A program made the translations under genes and the position numbers. A DNA stretch of 64,000 nt, from assembly GCA_028534125.1 (NCBI GenBank), contig CM052824.1, forward strand, positions 59,954,001-60,018,000, read 5' to 3'. The notes below the pieces were generated by a model. It was not told the DNA's origin. It ran no database searches and saw only the letters and a list, made by a program, of their open reading frames with translations. This DNA comes from Lama glama (Eukaryota). Shown in pieces: positions 1-10,340 of the stretch (its first letter is position 1; each line of letters begins with the position of its first letter).

Positions 1-166
1 GCCCTGCCAAGGGGTCTCCGATGCTCCTGCCTTGTTTGCTCCAGGCCCTGCCCCGAGGGTCTCCCAGCGTCCCCGGAAGCACAGACACTCCCCTCCTCAG
101 GACACCTTCGCCCTCTGCCCACCACGTCTGCTGCCAGACTGCTTATACTTTGTCACTGTCAGACCC

Positions 167-625
167 CAGACCCTCCCTGACCGCTTATGGGGTTACGGCC
201 TGATACACCCACCATCAGCTGAAAATACCGGACGTCGAAAATGCACGTAGTACTTGCAAACAGCACAGCCTGATCGCACCCACCTCAGCCACGCTCAGAA
301 CCCGCGGCCTGCCGTCGGACGAAATCGTGGCACACAAAGCCCATCTCAGAGGAGAGCGTTGAGTATCAGACACTGTGCGGACAATGGAAAGGGCACGGCT
401 GTCTGGCGACGGAACACTCGCACGTGTGTCACGAGAGCAGGGCTGGCTGGGAGCTCCAGCGCCACCCGGCGCCACCGGGGAGCATCCACTTCCCGACGCT
501 CGCCCCAGAAAAGGTCCGAATTCAAAATTCGAAGCAGGGTTTCTACCGAACGTGCACCACTTTCACACCATCGTGAAGTTAAAAACAAAAGGTAAGTCGG
601 ACCACGGTAAGCCGGATTCTGTCTG
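167..625 (+). mobile_element. Tigger5b/MER47-type non-autonomous TcMar-Tigger DNA transposon, near full length, diverged
   Basis: Starts CAGA..TTATGGGGTTACGGCCTGATACACCC..TGAAAATAC..GTCGAAAATGCA and ends AATTCAAAATTCGAAG..TTTCTACCGAA..CTTTCACACCATCGTGAAGT..GTAAGTCGGACCACGGTAAGCCGG..GTCTG. Both ends match the remembered MER47/Tigger5b consensus; length about 460 bp. Confidence 0.75.
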
Positions 626-639
626 CTGTAGGTAGACCC

Positions 640-804
640 TGCGACCCAGCAATTCCGCTCCGAGTTACACATCCCAGAGAGCTGAAAGCAGGTGTTCAAA
701 CAGAAACGGAGCACAACTGCTCCCAGCAGCACTGTTTACAATAACCCAGGAGGGAGAAGCACCCCGCACGTCCAGCAGACGAGTAGATCATCGAAATGCG
801 GTCC
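640..804 (+). mobile_element. L1M (L1MB-like) ORF2 end/3' region fragment
   Basis: GACCCAGCAATTCCGCTCC..CCCAGAGAGCTGAAAGCAGGTGTTCAAACAGAAAC..CAGCAGCACTGTTTACAATAACC matches the L1 ORF2 C-terminal region. Confidence 0.8.
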
Positions 805-938
805 GGCGGGAAGGGTGTAGCTCAGGAGGTAGCGCGTGTGCTTAGCAAGCACGAGGTCCCGGTTCAGTCCCCAGGACCTCCATTTAAAATAAATAAATAA
901 ACCTAGTTACTGCCCCCTGCAAACAAACAAACAAACAA
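805..938 (+). mobile_element. Camelid vic-1-type tRNA-derived SINE
   Basis: tRNA-like head with A/B boxes (GGGTGTAGCTCAGGAGGTAG..CACGAGGTCCCGGTTCAGTCCCCAGGACCTCC), then (AAAT)n, ACCTAGTTACTGCCCCC and an (AAAC)n tail. Confidence 0.85.
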
Positions 939-944
939 GGAAGA

Positions 945-1147
945 GGGAAATTCAGAGACAGAAAGTAGATCAGCGGGCGCCAGGGGCGGGAAGGAGGGAG
1001 GCACAGTGACTGCCCTGGGTACAGGGTCTCCTTCTGGGAGATACAACGTGCTGGATGTGTTGCACTGTGAATGGACTAGATGTCACCAAACTGTATACTT
1101 AAAATGGTAAATTTATGTTATGTGTAATTTACAACAAGTCAAAAAAG
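945..1147 (+). mobile_element. L1MB-like 3' UTR end
   Basis: AGAGACAGAAAGTAGATCAG..CAGGGTCTCCTTCTGGG..ACTGTATACTTAAAATGGTAAATTTATGTTATGTGTAATTTAC followed by an A-rich end. Confidence 0.8.
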
Positions 1148-1554
1148 CAATTATTGATACTTAAGACTGATTTGGGAAACGACCAGAAAAAACAAGTCCA
1201 GCCTCAGGAGCCCGTGTGTCTCCCGCTCCCGGGGCGCTTCCTATCACTGGCCACCCCCACCCTCATCAGGCTGGGTGAGAGTGGCCCTGCCACTGCGGGG
1301 CGTTTTCCTCCCGGGATGCGGAGGGGCCATGGAAACCCAGGCTGCCCTCCCCGCCCAGGTGGGGGCCAGGGGCTCTGAAGCCCCCAGAGGAAGGCCGGGC
1401 GGGGCTCCCCGCTTGGCTCGGGGCCCCGGGGCCACAGGAGCAGGGGCTGGCAGTGCGGAGTCCACCGGCCCGCGCGCCTGGGTAGGGCTCCCCCCAGCCC
1501 CGCCAGCAGAGGCATGATGATGGCTTGTCTAACCAGAGCTCCCACCTGGAACTA

Positions 1555-1720
1555 CAGGGCTGCCTAATTGAAATGTATGAGAAACAATTAAGAGTAATTG
1601 GAATCAATTAATAGATGATTTTCTTGGGAACTAGTACACAATGTGAGGCAGAATCTAATTACAATTTCCAAGTGCACACACCTCCCCAATCAGAAGCAAG
1701 CATATTCCAACAGCGAGTGG
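1555..1720. promoter_or_regulatory. Putative conserved enhancer: homeodomain (TAATTG/CAATTA) and SOX (ACAAT) site cluster
   Basis: AT-rich non-repeat island in GC-rich flanks with five TAATT/AATTA cores and three ACAAT motifs within about 100 bp. Conservation is inferred, not shown. Confidence 0.55.
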
Positions 1721-2354
1721 CCACCCCAGCATGAGGACCCAGGGAGCCGGTGGGGGCCGGGCGGCGGGGGCTCCTGAGCAGGTGGGGCTGCCTGTCCCCT
1801 GCCCAAGAGGTGCCCGCCCAGACGCACGGCCAGGGTTCATTTTTTAAGGATGTGGTTGAGCCACTGCCCGGCTCTGGGGGCCACCCTCCCTCATCCTTTG
1901 AGACTTGGGGACACCTGTGTCAAGTTAAAAAAAAGACCCCAAGCCTGGAGCCCCAGAGCCCCTCCGAAAGGGGATCCGGGGTGACAACTCGCTGCTGTCC
2001 GGAGAGGAGGGGAGACTGCTAATGAGGGCCAATTAGCCCAGAACTGAGCCGCCCGGAGCCCAGGACAGGGGACCCAGGGGTGGCGCTCCCCAGCCTGTGC
2101 CAGCGCCTCGGCCCGGGGTACCGGGCAACAGAGAAAGGCCGTCTCTGCCCGTTCCCACCGCGGGGCCGGCGGCGGCCCGGCACCCGGATCCCCGCTAATT
2201 AGGGGATTTGGACAACCATGTTTCTCCTTGAGGGTTTGGCTTACTTCTTAAGTAGAGGCCCCTCGCCCCCCCTCCCCCACCTCTCCTCCACCCCTCCCCA
2301 ATTTGTGCCACCTTTTCGGGGGTTGCTGAGCCTGGAAACAGCCTGAGACACTTG

Positions 2355-2470
2355 CTCGTTCATTCATTCGTTCATTCGTTCATTTGTTCAACAAAGGTGT
2401 TTGCATACCTCTTGGGCCGAGCCCCCAGCTTGGGGACCCACTGACAGGCCGTGTCCTCTGAGGAAGGGGC
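2355..2470 (-). mobile_element. L2 3' tail fragment
   Basis: TTCATTCATTCGTTCATTCGTTCATTTGTTCAACAAA is the reverse complement of the L2 terminus (..TTTGTTGAATGAATGAA). Confidence 0.6.
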
Positions 2471-5400
2471 CAGCATACTAATCAGGAGACATGGGATAAA
2501 GGACCGCCTGCCAGTCCCCCCGCCCCAGGCGGTGGGGAGAACCAGCCTCCGCAGGAAGATGATCCATCAGGCGGAAAGCGGGGGGGGGGGCAGGGGGGGC
2601 CGGGGGGGGCTGCCCAGAGGGCCGCCTGGGTTGCACTGAAGCCCACCCAGGCGGGGGGTGGAGGCCCAGCGGGAGAGAGCCCCTCCCTGGGAAGGGTCCC
2701 AGGCTGGGCCGTTCCAGGCTGGTGGACAGCAGCCTCCTCCAGCCGGGAGCGGGGCAGGCGGTGGGGCCTGGGAGGGTGGGTTCAGCGTCCCCACTTATCA
2801 GATGGACCGGCTGCTGTGTGACTGCTCCTGCTGAGCGCCATTCTCCGCACTCAGGCCACTTCCTGTGAGCTGAAAGGCAAGCTCTGGACACAAAGAGCCG
2901 GCTCTTATCTCCTCACCCCTGACCCCAGGCAGGCACAGGAGGCGGCTCTAATTTCTGCCCAGAGCCGCAGGTGAGAAAGTCTCGGGAGAAGGATGGGGGT
3001 GGGGGCGGGGGCGGGGCGAGGCTGAGCTCTCAGCGGCTCCCTCCTCAGTCCATCAGCAAAGGGCTGGGGCTCTGTTCTGGCCAAAGATCTGAGGGTCCTG
3101 CGGGGTCTGACACTTCCTCAGGAGTTTCACGAACCGCCCCCCCCACCTCCCGCCTTGCCCTGTGGTTGGTTTTCTGATGGACTCATGTGCCCCGTGTGCC
3201 AGCTGATGTCCCCTAGGGGAGGAGGGAAAAGCGGGACTTGGGGGGTGGGGCTGAGGGCTGGCTGGGGACAAGGCCGAGTCCAGGCCCCAGATCAGACAGC
3301 GGCCAGCACGAGGGTGGATGGAAACAAAGGAAGCTCCACACTTGGAGTTAAAGGCGACTGGGGCTGGAGAGATGGCTTGGGGAGCAAGAGGTGGGAGGGG
3401 AAGAGATGAGAGGAGGCCTAGCGGGCCAGGGTAAGGCTTCCGAGAGGTGGAACCTGTGCCCTCTGCTCAAGGTCACACCCGCTGGCGGTCAGGGTCGGGT
3501 GTCTGCAGCTCTGGCCAGGCAAGGGTTAAACGCTCAGTGTGACTTGACAAGTCCAAGGTGAAGTGGGTGGCCAGAGTCTCAAAGGCATCCTTAACCCCTC
3601 TTGGCTGAGAATTCTAGCTGTTGTTCTGGGATAGGCCCTCCCCTCGTCACTTGTCACGGGAACCAGAGCCTCGGGCTAGCGGCTTGCCTTCTTAAAGGGA
3701 CAGTGAGCCCAAAGTCTTCCTCCTGCGGGAACCTCTGTGGTTCCCCAGCTCAGTGCCTGGTGCGTGTCTTCCCAGCTGGAGCCACGCGACTCAGCCCGCC
3801 CCAGGCCCCAAGGAGTGCCTGCTGGGTGGGTGCGGGTGGGACACGGAGGACCCAGGCCAGAGCAGTAAGGATGGCCGCCATCACGAGGGGTGGCTGGGGC
3901 CTGTCTTCAGGGGGAGCCTCTCCGGGCCCTCCACAGACTGGAGGCGCCCCCTTTCCCCTGGATCTTATTTTCCCACAGCCAGAGTAACTCCCAGCCCCCG
4001 GGCTGGCAGAGGGACGGGGCGAGGGCCCACCCGGGCGGTGAGCACCCACCCGTCCTCTCTCCAGGCCTCTTGAAGATGCCGGCAGGGCCGGGCTGGGCTG
4101 GCTGGTGGCCGCCCGATCCCTGGGACCTCCCCGGCCTCTTTGGGTCTTAGCACCTGGCAAACAGGGCTCCTACGAGGACCCCTCCTGGTGAGCCCACAGC
4201 GCCTTCCTTGCTCTGGCTTCCCCTTTACGTCGGGGTCAGGACAGTTCTGGACAGTGTGTTCGGTGCCTCAGCCACACCAAGTCCCCAGTGTCAATGGCGA
4301 GCTCTCTGCTCCCTGCCCGACTCCGTGAAGGTGCAGCCAGCAGGTCCCCGCCCTCCCAGCTCACCATCCAGGGTGCCATTAACACCGCTCTTGCAAAACC
4401 AGATGCCCAAATCCAGACAGGGAGGTGCAAGGGGCACGGGGGAAGGGGTTGGTGGGTCGAGGGGGGCGCTCTATGCTTAACCCTCAGATGAAGAAGCAGA
4501 AGGAGAGCCCGTCCCTCAGACTCACAGCCCGGCTGCCCCTGCCGAGCCCGGAGCCCAGGAGGGCCCCACCGCCTCCCGCACAGACCAGCAAGCTCCCGCC
4601 TCCCTCGCCGCACAGCTGGAGTCCAGCCCCAAAGCCGGCTCCCACCCCTTCCCAGCACATGGCCACCGGGAGTACAGTGGGTTCCAGAACAAGGCCCCTG
4701 AGCGAGGCGGAACCAGGGGGCGGTCCCCTAGGCTGTGCGATGTGGGCCCCTCAGAGCCTGAGACTGCGGCCACGCCCAGAAGGGCACTGGTTCCTGCCAG
4801 GCAAACAGGCCATGTCCAACCTGGGGTCCCCCTTAAGTTGGCTCTGCCCAAGCCCTGCCCACCCCTGGCTCTAACAGAATGTGTTTGCCTTTGGACAGTG
4901 TGGGAGGCCCCCCAGGGGGAGAGCCAGCTGATGGGGGGGCGAGGTGGAGGGGCTGCATGCTCATTCCCATTTTTCCCATCAGAAAATGGGTGCAGGGAGA
5001 AGGCGTCCTTGCAAGACCTTGGAGAAAGGGGCTGCAGAAAGGGAGGCGTGAGGTGGAGGCTCAGCCCAGGGGCCCTAGCCGTATGATCTGCTCCACTGCC
5101 CGCCCCACCCACGTCTGAACAGAAGCTTCGTGCTCCTTGTCTTTTCACAGCAGGGACGCCGCGGCGCAGAGCCTCAGACAACGCGCCTGCGAGCCCTCCG
5201 GGCCACGCAGCCAGCGTGTGAACCTGTTCTGGGGCCTCTAGAGTCCTGGCCTGGCTCCAGGGTCCGATAACATCCACTCCCAGTAAGAAGGCATCTCTGC
5301 CTGGGACCCTCTTTGTCCCGGAGCAGGGGCTGGAGTGTCTGGCATGGCCCTGGTGACACAGGCGCCCACGATGTCTCGTCAGCACCCGTTGGGCCATCCC

Positions 5401-5537
5401 GGCTGCGGCCCTTTGAACCAGGAGGGTCTCTTCGTGTCTCCCACCAGTCTTCGCAGAAGCCCCTGCTGCCGGGGGAGTGATGAAAACGTTAGGCATGCTG
5501 CTGGCCCCCGGGGCAGGCAGGGCTGACACGCAGGCCT

Positions 5538-5732
5538 CAGGGGCTCCCAGCCAGGGGCGATTTTGTCTCTCTTCCCCCACGGTGACACCCTGCACTGTCT
5601 GGGACAGTAGAGGTGGGTAGAGGGGTGGGTAGAGGCCAAGGATGCTGGAAATTCCTGACATGGCATAGGACAGCCCCCCACAACAGATGATGTGACCCCA
5701 GATACTAACATTTTCCAGGTTGAGAAACTCTG
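5538..5732 (+). mobile_element. MER20 (hAT-Charlie) DNA transposon
   Basis: GGGGCGATTTTG..GTGGGTAGAGGCCAAGGATGCTG..AGGACAGCCCCCACAACA..AGGTTGAGAAACTCTG matches the MER20 consensus. Confidence 0.85.
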
Positions 5733-6160
5733 ACACAGCAGCAGCCCCACGGTAAATGGGGTGGGGGTGGGGGCGAGCAGGGAGGCCCCTCGCAGCCTCG
5801 GCAGAACTGATGGGGTCAGCGCCCAGACCACCCAGCTGCCCCGAGGCTTAGAGGTGGGCGCGGAGACGGCCCGCAGGCCCTCCTGAGGAAGGCCCCGCTC
5901 CAGGGCCCCTGCCCTTGCCCTGCGGAGCCCCAGAGGGGTCCAGCTTGTCTTCTCTCATGAAAAGCTTTCTCTGCCCAGTGGACTAGGGGGCCCCGTGCCC
6001 TGGGTACCCTGGGTCTCCCCGCCTCCTTCAGGGGAGTGGGGAGAGAGAGGCACCTGCTGTAGGGGGTGCTGCCCAGGCCGGGGCTGTGAGGGGCAGCCAG
6101 GGAGGCTCTTCCGAGAAGCAAGGCTCCCTCCCGAGGCCCTGAGACCCCTCCACGGGGCTG

Positions 6161-6354
6161 CCCTGACCCTCTCTCTGTCTTTCGCTCCTGGCAGGTGGGC
6201 GACGGCGCCCAGGCAGCGCGTCTGGGTGGGGACCTCGGCGCCACCCCCAGGCCCCCACGTGTCCTGCCAGCGACGCGGCCTCCCACATGGGGCTGGGCTT
6301 CGGGCCCCAGGTGTCTGCGCGCGGCGGCCGTGTCGGCGGTGAGCGGGCGAGCTG
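6161..6354 (+). other. Candidate internal exon (strong 3' splice site at 6194/6195); gene unknown, coding status unknown
   Basis: Branch-like CCCTGAC (A at 6166), pyrimidine tract CCTCTCTCTGTCTTTCGCTCCT and CAG ending at 6194. Donor-like GCG|GTGAGC after 6338 and CTG|GTACGC after 6354. The body is CpG-rich. No homology recognised. Confidence 0.3.
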
Positions 6355-7384
6355 GTACGCGCGGCATCAGCAGCCAGATCAGCGCCCAGGTCAGATAACT
6401 CACAGTCCGGATAAACAGAATTCCTGCCGGGACCCGCCGCGTGTCCTGGTCCTGACTGTGTGGACGGGGTGGTGAAAGATGACTCCTGGGTGCGAGATTC
6501 TGGGGGTGGGGCAAGGGGACCGGGGGGACAGATGTCCATGGAGACAGTGAGGCTGACAGGTGGCTGGGGAGCCCCAAACTGAAGCTCGTGGTCGGAGCTT
6601 CTGCCTCGCGGATTCCAGGTTCTCCTCGGAAGCAACTTCCCTGACCTGCTGGGGAGTCACCTCCTCTGAGTGGATTTGGGCTGTTTTGTCCCTGAAGTTG
6701 CACCAGACTCTGCTGAGTGACGATCCAGAAAGAAAAAGGAGGGTGTAGACAGAAAGGATTTCAAATTCCAAATGCCAGGTTTGCAGAGCATCCCAGGGCC
6801 GGCCTGCAGGGCCCTGAGGCCACGTCTTCCCTTGGGACTCGGAGGCCCCCAGCTCGGTCTGCATGGCTCCCTTGCCCTGCGCGGCGGTGTGCAGTGGCCC
6901 ACAGCAGCCCGGGGAGCTCAGAGGCCAACTTTCTGGGCCCACTGAGCCGAGCGTGGCCTGGCGGGAGCAGGACACCCCTTCTCTGTCCTCCCCCCCCAGA
7001 CCAAGCAGCCTGCCCTGCGGTCTGGCCCAGGGGCGGGGGTGGGGGGCGGGATGTGCGGGAGCCAGAGTGCTCTGGGAGGGACAGCTGTCAGAGGGCCTGA
7101 AAGCCACGGCCCGGCGGTGTGCGGGGGGGCGGGAGCCGCGCCTGACCGTCGCCGTGGGCGGCTAGGCCCCCTTCCTGTGTCCTGGGCGCCGGCTTTCTGC
7201 TCCTCTGACAAGCTCTCAGGGGAGGCTGATGTTGGTGGCCCCAGGGTTCAGCATGTAGGGGCTGCTCTCAAGGTGGGGGGGCCCACCCGGGCCATCAGCC
7301 TTGGTCACTGGGCCTCCGGTGGGGGCAGAGAGTCCCGGGCCAACCCTGGCAGCGCCCACCTTCCTAGGGCTGCTCATGGTCTCT

Positions 7385-7464
7385 GTAGTGGATTCAATAC
7401 TGTCTTCCTAAAATCCACATCCCCCAGAACCTCACAATATGCCTTATTCAGAAATGGCATCCTT
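7385..7464 (+). mobile_element. MLT1 (ERVL-MaLR) LTR 5' fragment
   Basis: TGTAGTGGATTCAATACTGTC..CCTAAAATCCACATCCCCCAGAACCTCACAATATGCCTTATTCAGAAATGG resembles the start of MLT1B/C/D LTRs. Confidence 0.6.
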
Positions 7465-8834
7465 CACTGGGGGCACAGCCAGGCCACTGTCCCCTTCGCC
7501 CCGGAGCATCCCGTTTCATCTCCAGGGAGAATGCTAACCCAGTAGGACAGAGCTGGCCCGTCAGCTGTGCCCACAGGGCACCGGAGCCTGTCCTGAGAGC
7601 GGGGTCCAGCCCGCGGCATCCTCTCGCCTGCCTCGTCCTGCTCGGGGAGGCTGCTCATCCCTCGGGGGCTTTGCAGCTGTCAGGCAGAGGGATTCCCTGG
7701 GAGACACTTCCCGCGTCCCTCAGAGAGGGCCTGGGCTTTGGAGAACCTGCTTCGAGGGAAGAGGAAGCAGGACCTGGAGCGGGGGAGCCAGCCTGGGCCG
7801 ATGCGGGTGCTGTGGCTCCCCTGTGTGTGTCTGTGGTGGGCTCAGAGACCAGGGTCTGGGGAGGGCATCCAGTGGGCCCAGACCTGCATGCGGCCCTCCG
7901 TGGGGGCAGTCTCTCAGCATCGCCAGGACCCAGGTCAGGGCACCGCTGACCGCCAGGCCTGGGCTCAGTGTCACATGGGGTGACATCGCACGTGCTCCCC
8001 TGTCTCGTCATGTGCCGGATTGAGTACTGAGGGGCGGGGTGATGGCAAATCCAAGGGGTCAAGCCCCGTGGATTCAGACCTGACCAGGCCTCAGGGCTTG
8101 GGTGGGGTCTGCCTGCCCGGCTGAGAGGCCACGCCCCCGGAGTGACACATGGGCCCGGGTGAGGCTGTCTGGCATCTGTCCGGGTGACGAGGACCTTAGG
8201 GTCCTCCTAGGGAATGAATCAATGAACGAGTGAACGACCTGTCAGATTTGCATCTCACGGCCCCACCCCCAGCCCAGGGGCCGCGTGGATTTGTCTCTGG
8301 AGATCAGAGGTCGTTGTGAGGGTGGGAAAGCAAGGTGAGGGCCCGTGGTGGCCAGATGGCGGGACGCGTGTGGGAGCACATGGCAGGAGGGGGCTCGGGG
8401 GGGAGTGAGCCGTACAGGGTGGGGCAGCCCCGCAGAGCAAGTGCCCTTCCTTGGGGTTCTAGGTCCCCCCCAGGGCTACTGCAGAAGTTGTGTCCTGAAC
8501 CCGCTTGGTAGAGCGGTCTGGGGGTGGGGGGTCCTGGGGCCATGGTGACCGTCCTGTCTGCGCTAAGTCCACATCAGGCCTGGCTTCTCTGGCCGAGTGT
8601 CCAGGCGCGGCCACCCCTCTCCTGCTGCTTCTGATTCCAGACTCATCCTTCAGCTACAGATCTTCCGCCCACCCCAAGATGAGAGCGACTGTGACCCCCT
8701 CCTTGTCCCCCCTCCCCGCAGGCCCTTTTCTTTCCTTTCCTGAGAAGAGGTGGGTCCTGAAGTCCCCTGCCCAGCCCCACCCTCAGCCTCGCCGCCCCGG
8801 GGACCCTCGGAGCGTGCAAGGGACCGTCCGGAGC

Positions 8835-9000
8835 TCCCTAATCTGAAAGGGCTCTTTGACATCATTACATAAGCCATCACATTGTTACCGGCCACACCAG
8901 AAGTTGTAAATACTCGAGGAAAAAGCCCTCTTTGTTGACCAAGTCCTGGGATATGGGGCCTTACAGGTTTTACTGTTCAGGATTAAGGGCAATCAGGCCC
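8835..9000. promoter_or_regulatory. Putative enhancer island
   Basis: AT-richer unique island with TAATC/GGATTA, CATTGT (SOX), TGTAAATA (FOX) and CTTTGTT/CTTTGA (SOX/TCF) motifs. Confidence 0.35.
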
Positions 9001-10234
9001 GCTGGGAAACGCGGTGGCTGGGGACCTCCGAGCCCTCCGTGGGGCTTTTTATGACTGTGCACGTTTGGTTTCCAGCCCTGGCCGCGGGGGCCTAGGGACT
9101 CCCTGGCCTGGAGCTCGCAGGCATCCACCAGTGGTGGGTGGGGCCCCTGGTCCCCACAAGCTCCCTCCTCCCAGCTCCTGGGCCCCTGGGGGATCCTAAG
9201 ACAGAAGCCCCTCCGGACAGCAGGAGGGAGACGCCTTCCCAGGCGCGGAGCAGGTGCTGCCCCACCCGCTCCCAGCCCGGGGCTCTGACTGCGCATGCAG
9301 TTTGGAGGTCAGAGCCTTGAGACTCTGCGCAGCTCACCGACGGCAGCTGGGACGCTCTGATTTTTCCAGAGTTCTTCCAAGCCCAGGGGGCCCGACTTTC
9401 AGAGCTGTCTTGGGGGCGGCGGATGTCTTGTCATCCCACACCTCAAGAGTTCCCACAACTGACGCCAGTGAGGGGTGGGGCTGCTCGCAGAGGGGGCCCC
9501 AACATCCCTGAGTGCTGAGCCCGGCGAGACCTTCACGGGACCTCGAGGCTGAAGAGACGATGGCTGCACCCCATTTCCCCACCAAAGGCATACAGCACTC
9601 CAACAAGAAGCTCTCGGGCAACCACGGACGGGTCCCTGCGTGATGCTAGGAAGCCCCAAAGCCAGCACATGCGCCCAGGAGCCAGACAGTCGAGTCACAG
9701 CCAAATTTCCTGAGAGACGGGGGCTGCCCAGCCCCCATGCACCAGCCCTGCCCTCGGCACCCACGGCTCCATCAACGCCCCGCCACCCGGAACACGATTT
9801 GCTTCTCAGAATGGTTGGAAACACAGAACCACTGCTAGGTAACCGAACCACAGCCGGAAAGGGTGACGTCCAGAGCACAGCAAGATCCCACTTTAAAAAT
9901 AAGGTGGAATTTTCTGTTTTTTTCTCCCCAGGTCCTCAGCAGGAGGTTCTGAATGAACAAGGCGGATGAATGGACAAGGTGCTAGTGGGCCGTTTTCTGG
10001 GTAACAAGACACTTGGCCCATCAAAGGAGGGCGGCTCGGCCTGTGGGGCTGGTGGCCTCAGGGCGCCTGCCGGGGACATCTGGACCTACCCAGGTCTGGG
10101 AGGAGGCTGGACAGGAGCAAGGACCCCCCGGACAGCAAGGGCCTCAGGGTGCGGGCATGGTGGCCCCCCTCTCCTTCCGAGGGAGGCGCCCGCCCGGGAG
10201 CGCTGGAGGCTGGAGCCCCTTGGCCCAGGACTCA

Positions 10235-10340
10235 CAATTGTTTTCAAATTCTGTTTTTACAAGGAGCGTGAGATTTATAGGCTCTTGAGGGGAAGAAAAT
10301 GATGTAACTCGACTCAATCAACAGACCGTTTATTCCAGGC
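10235..10340. promoter_or_regulatory. Putative enhancer island
   Basis: AT-rich unique island with ACAATTG, GATTTAT and TGATGTAA motifs. Confidence 0.3.

Noticed and set aside
805-885. tRNA-Ala-like sequence (also near 39695-39770)
   Set aside because: Head of a vic-1 SINE followed by SINE body and tail; the stems are degenerate, so not a functional tRNA gene.
4522-5736. 404-aa minus-strand ORF
   Set aside because: Begins at a MER20 transposon; no recognisable protein features.
9905-9980. Strong-looking splice acceptor TTTTTTTCTCCCCAG at 9931
   Set aside because: Downstream sequence resembles an L2 tail (TGAATGAA..GGATGAATG), and no convincing donor or coding signal follows.
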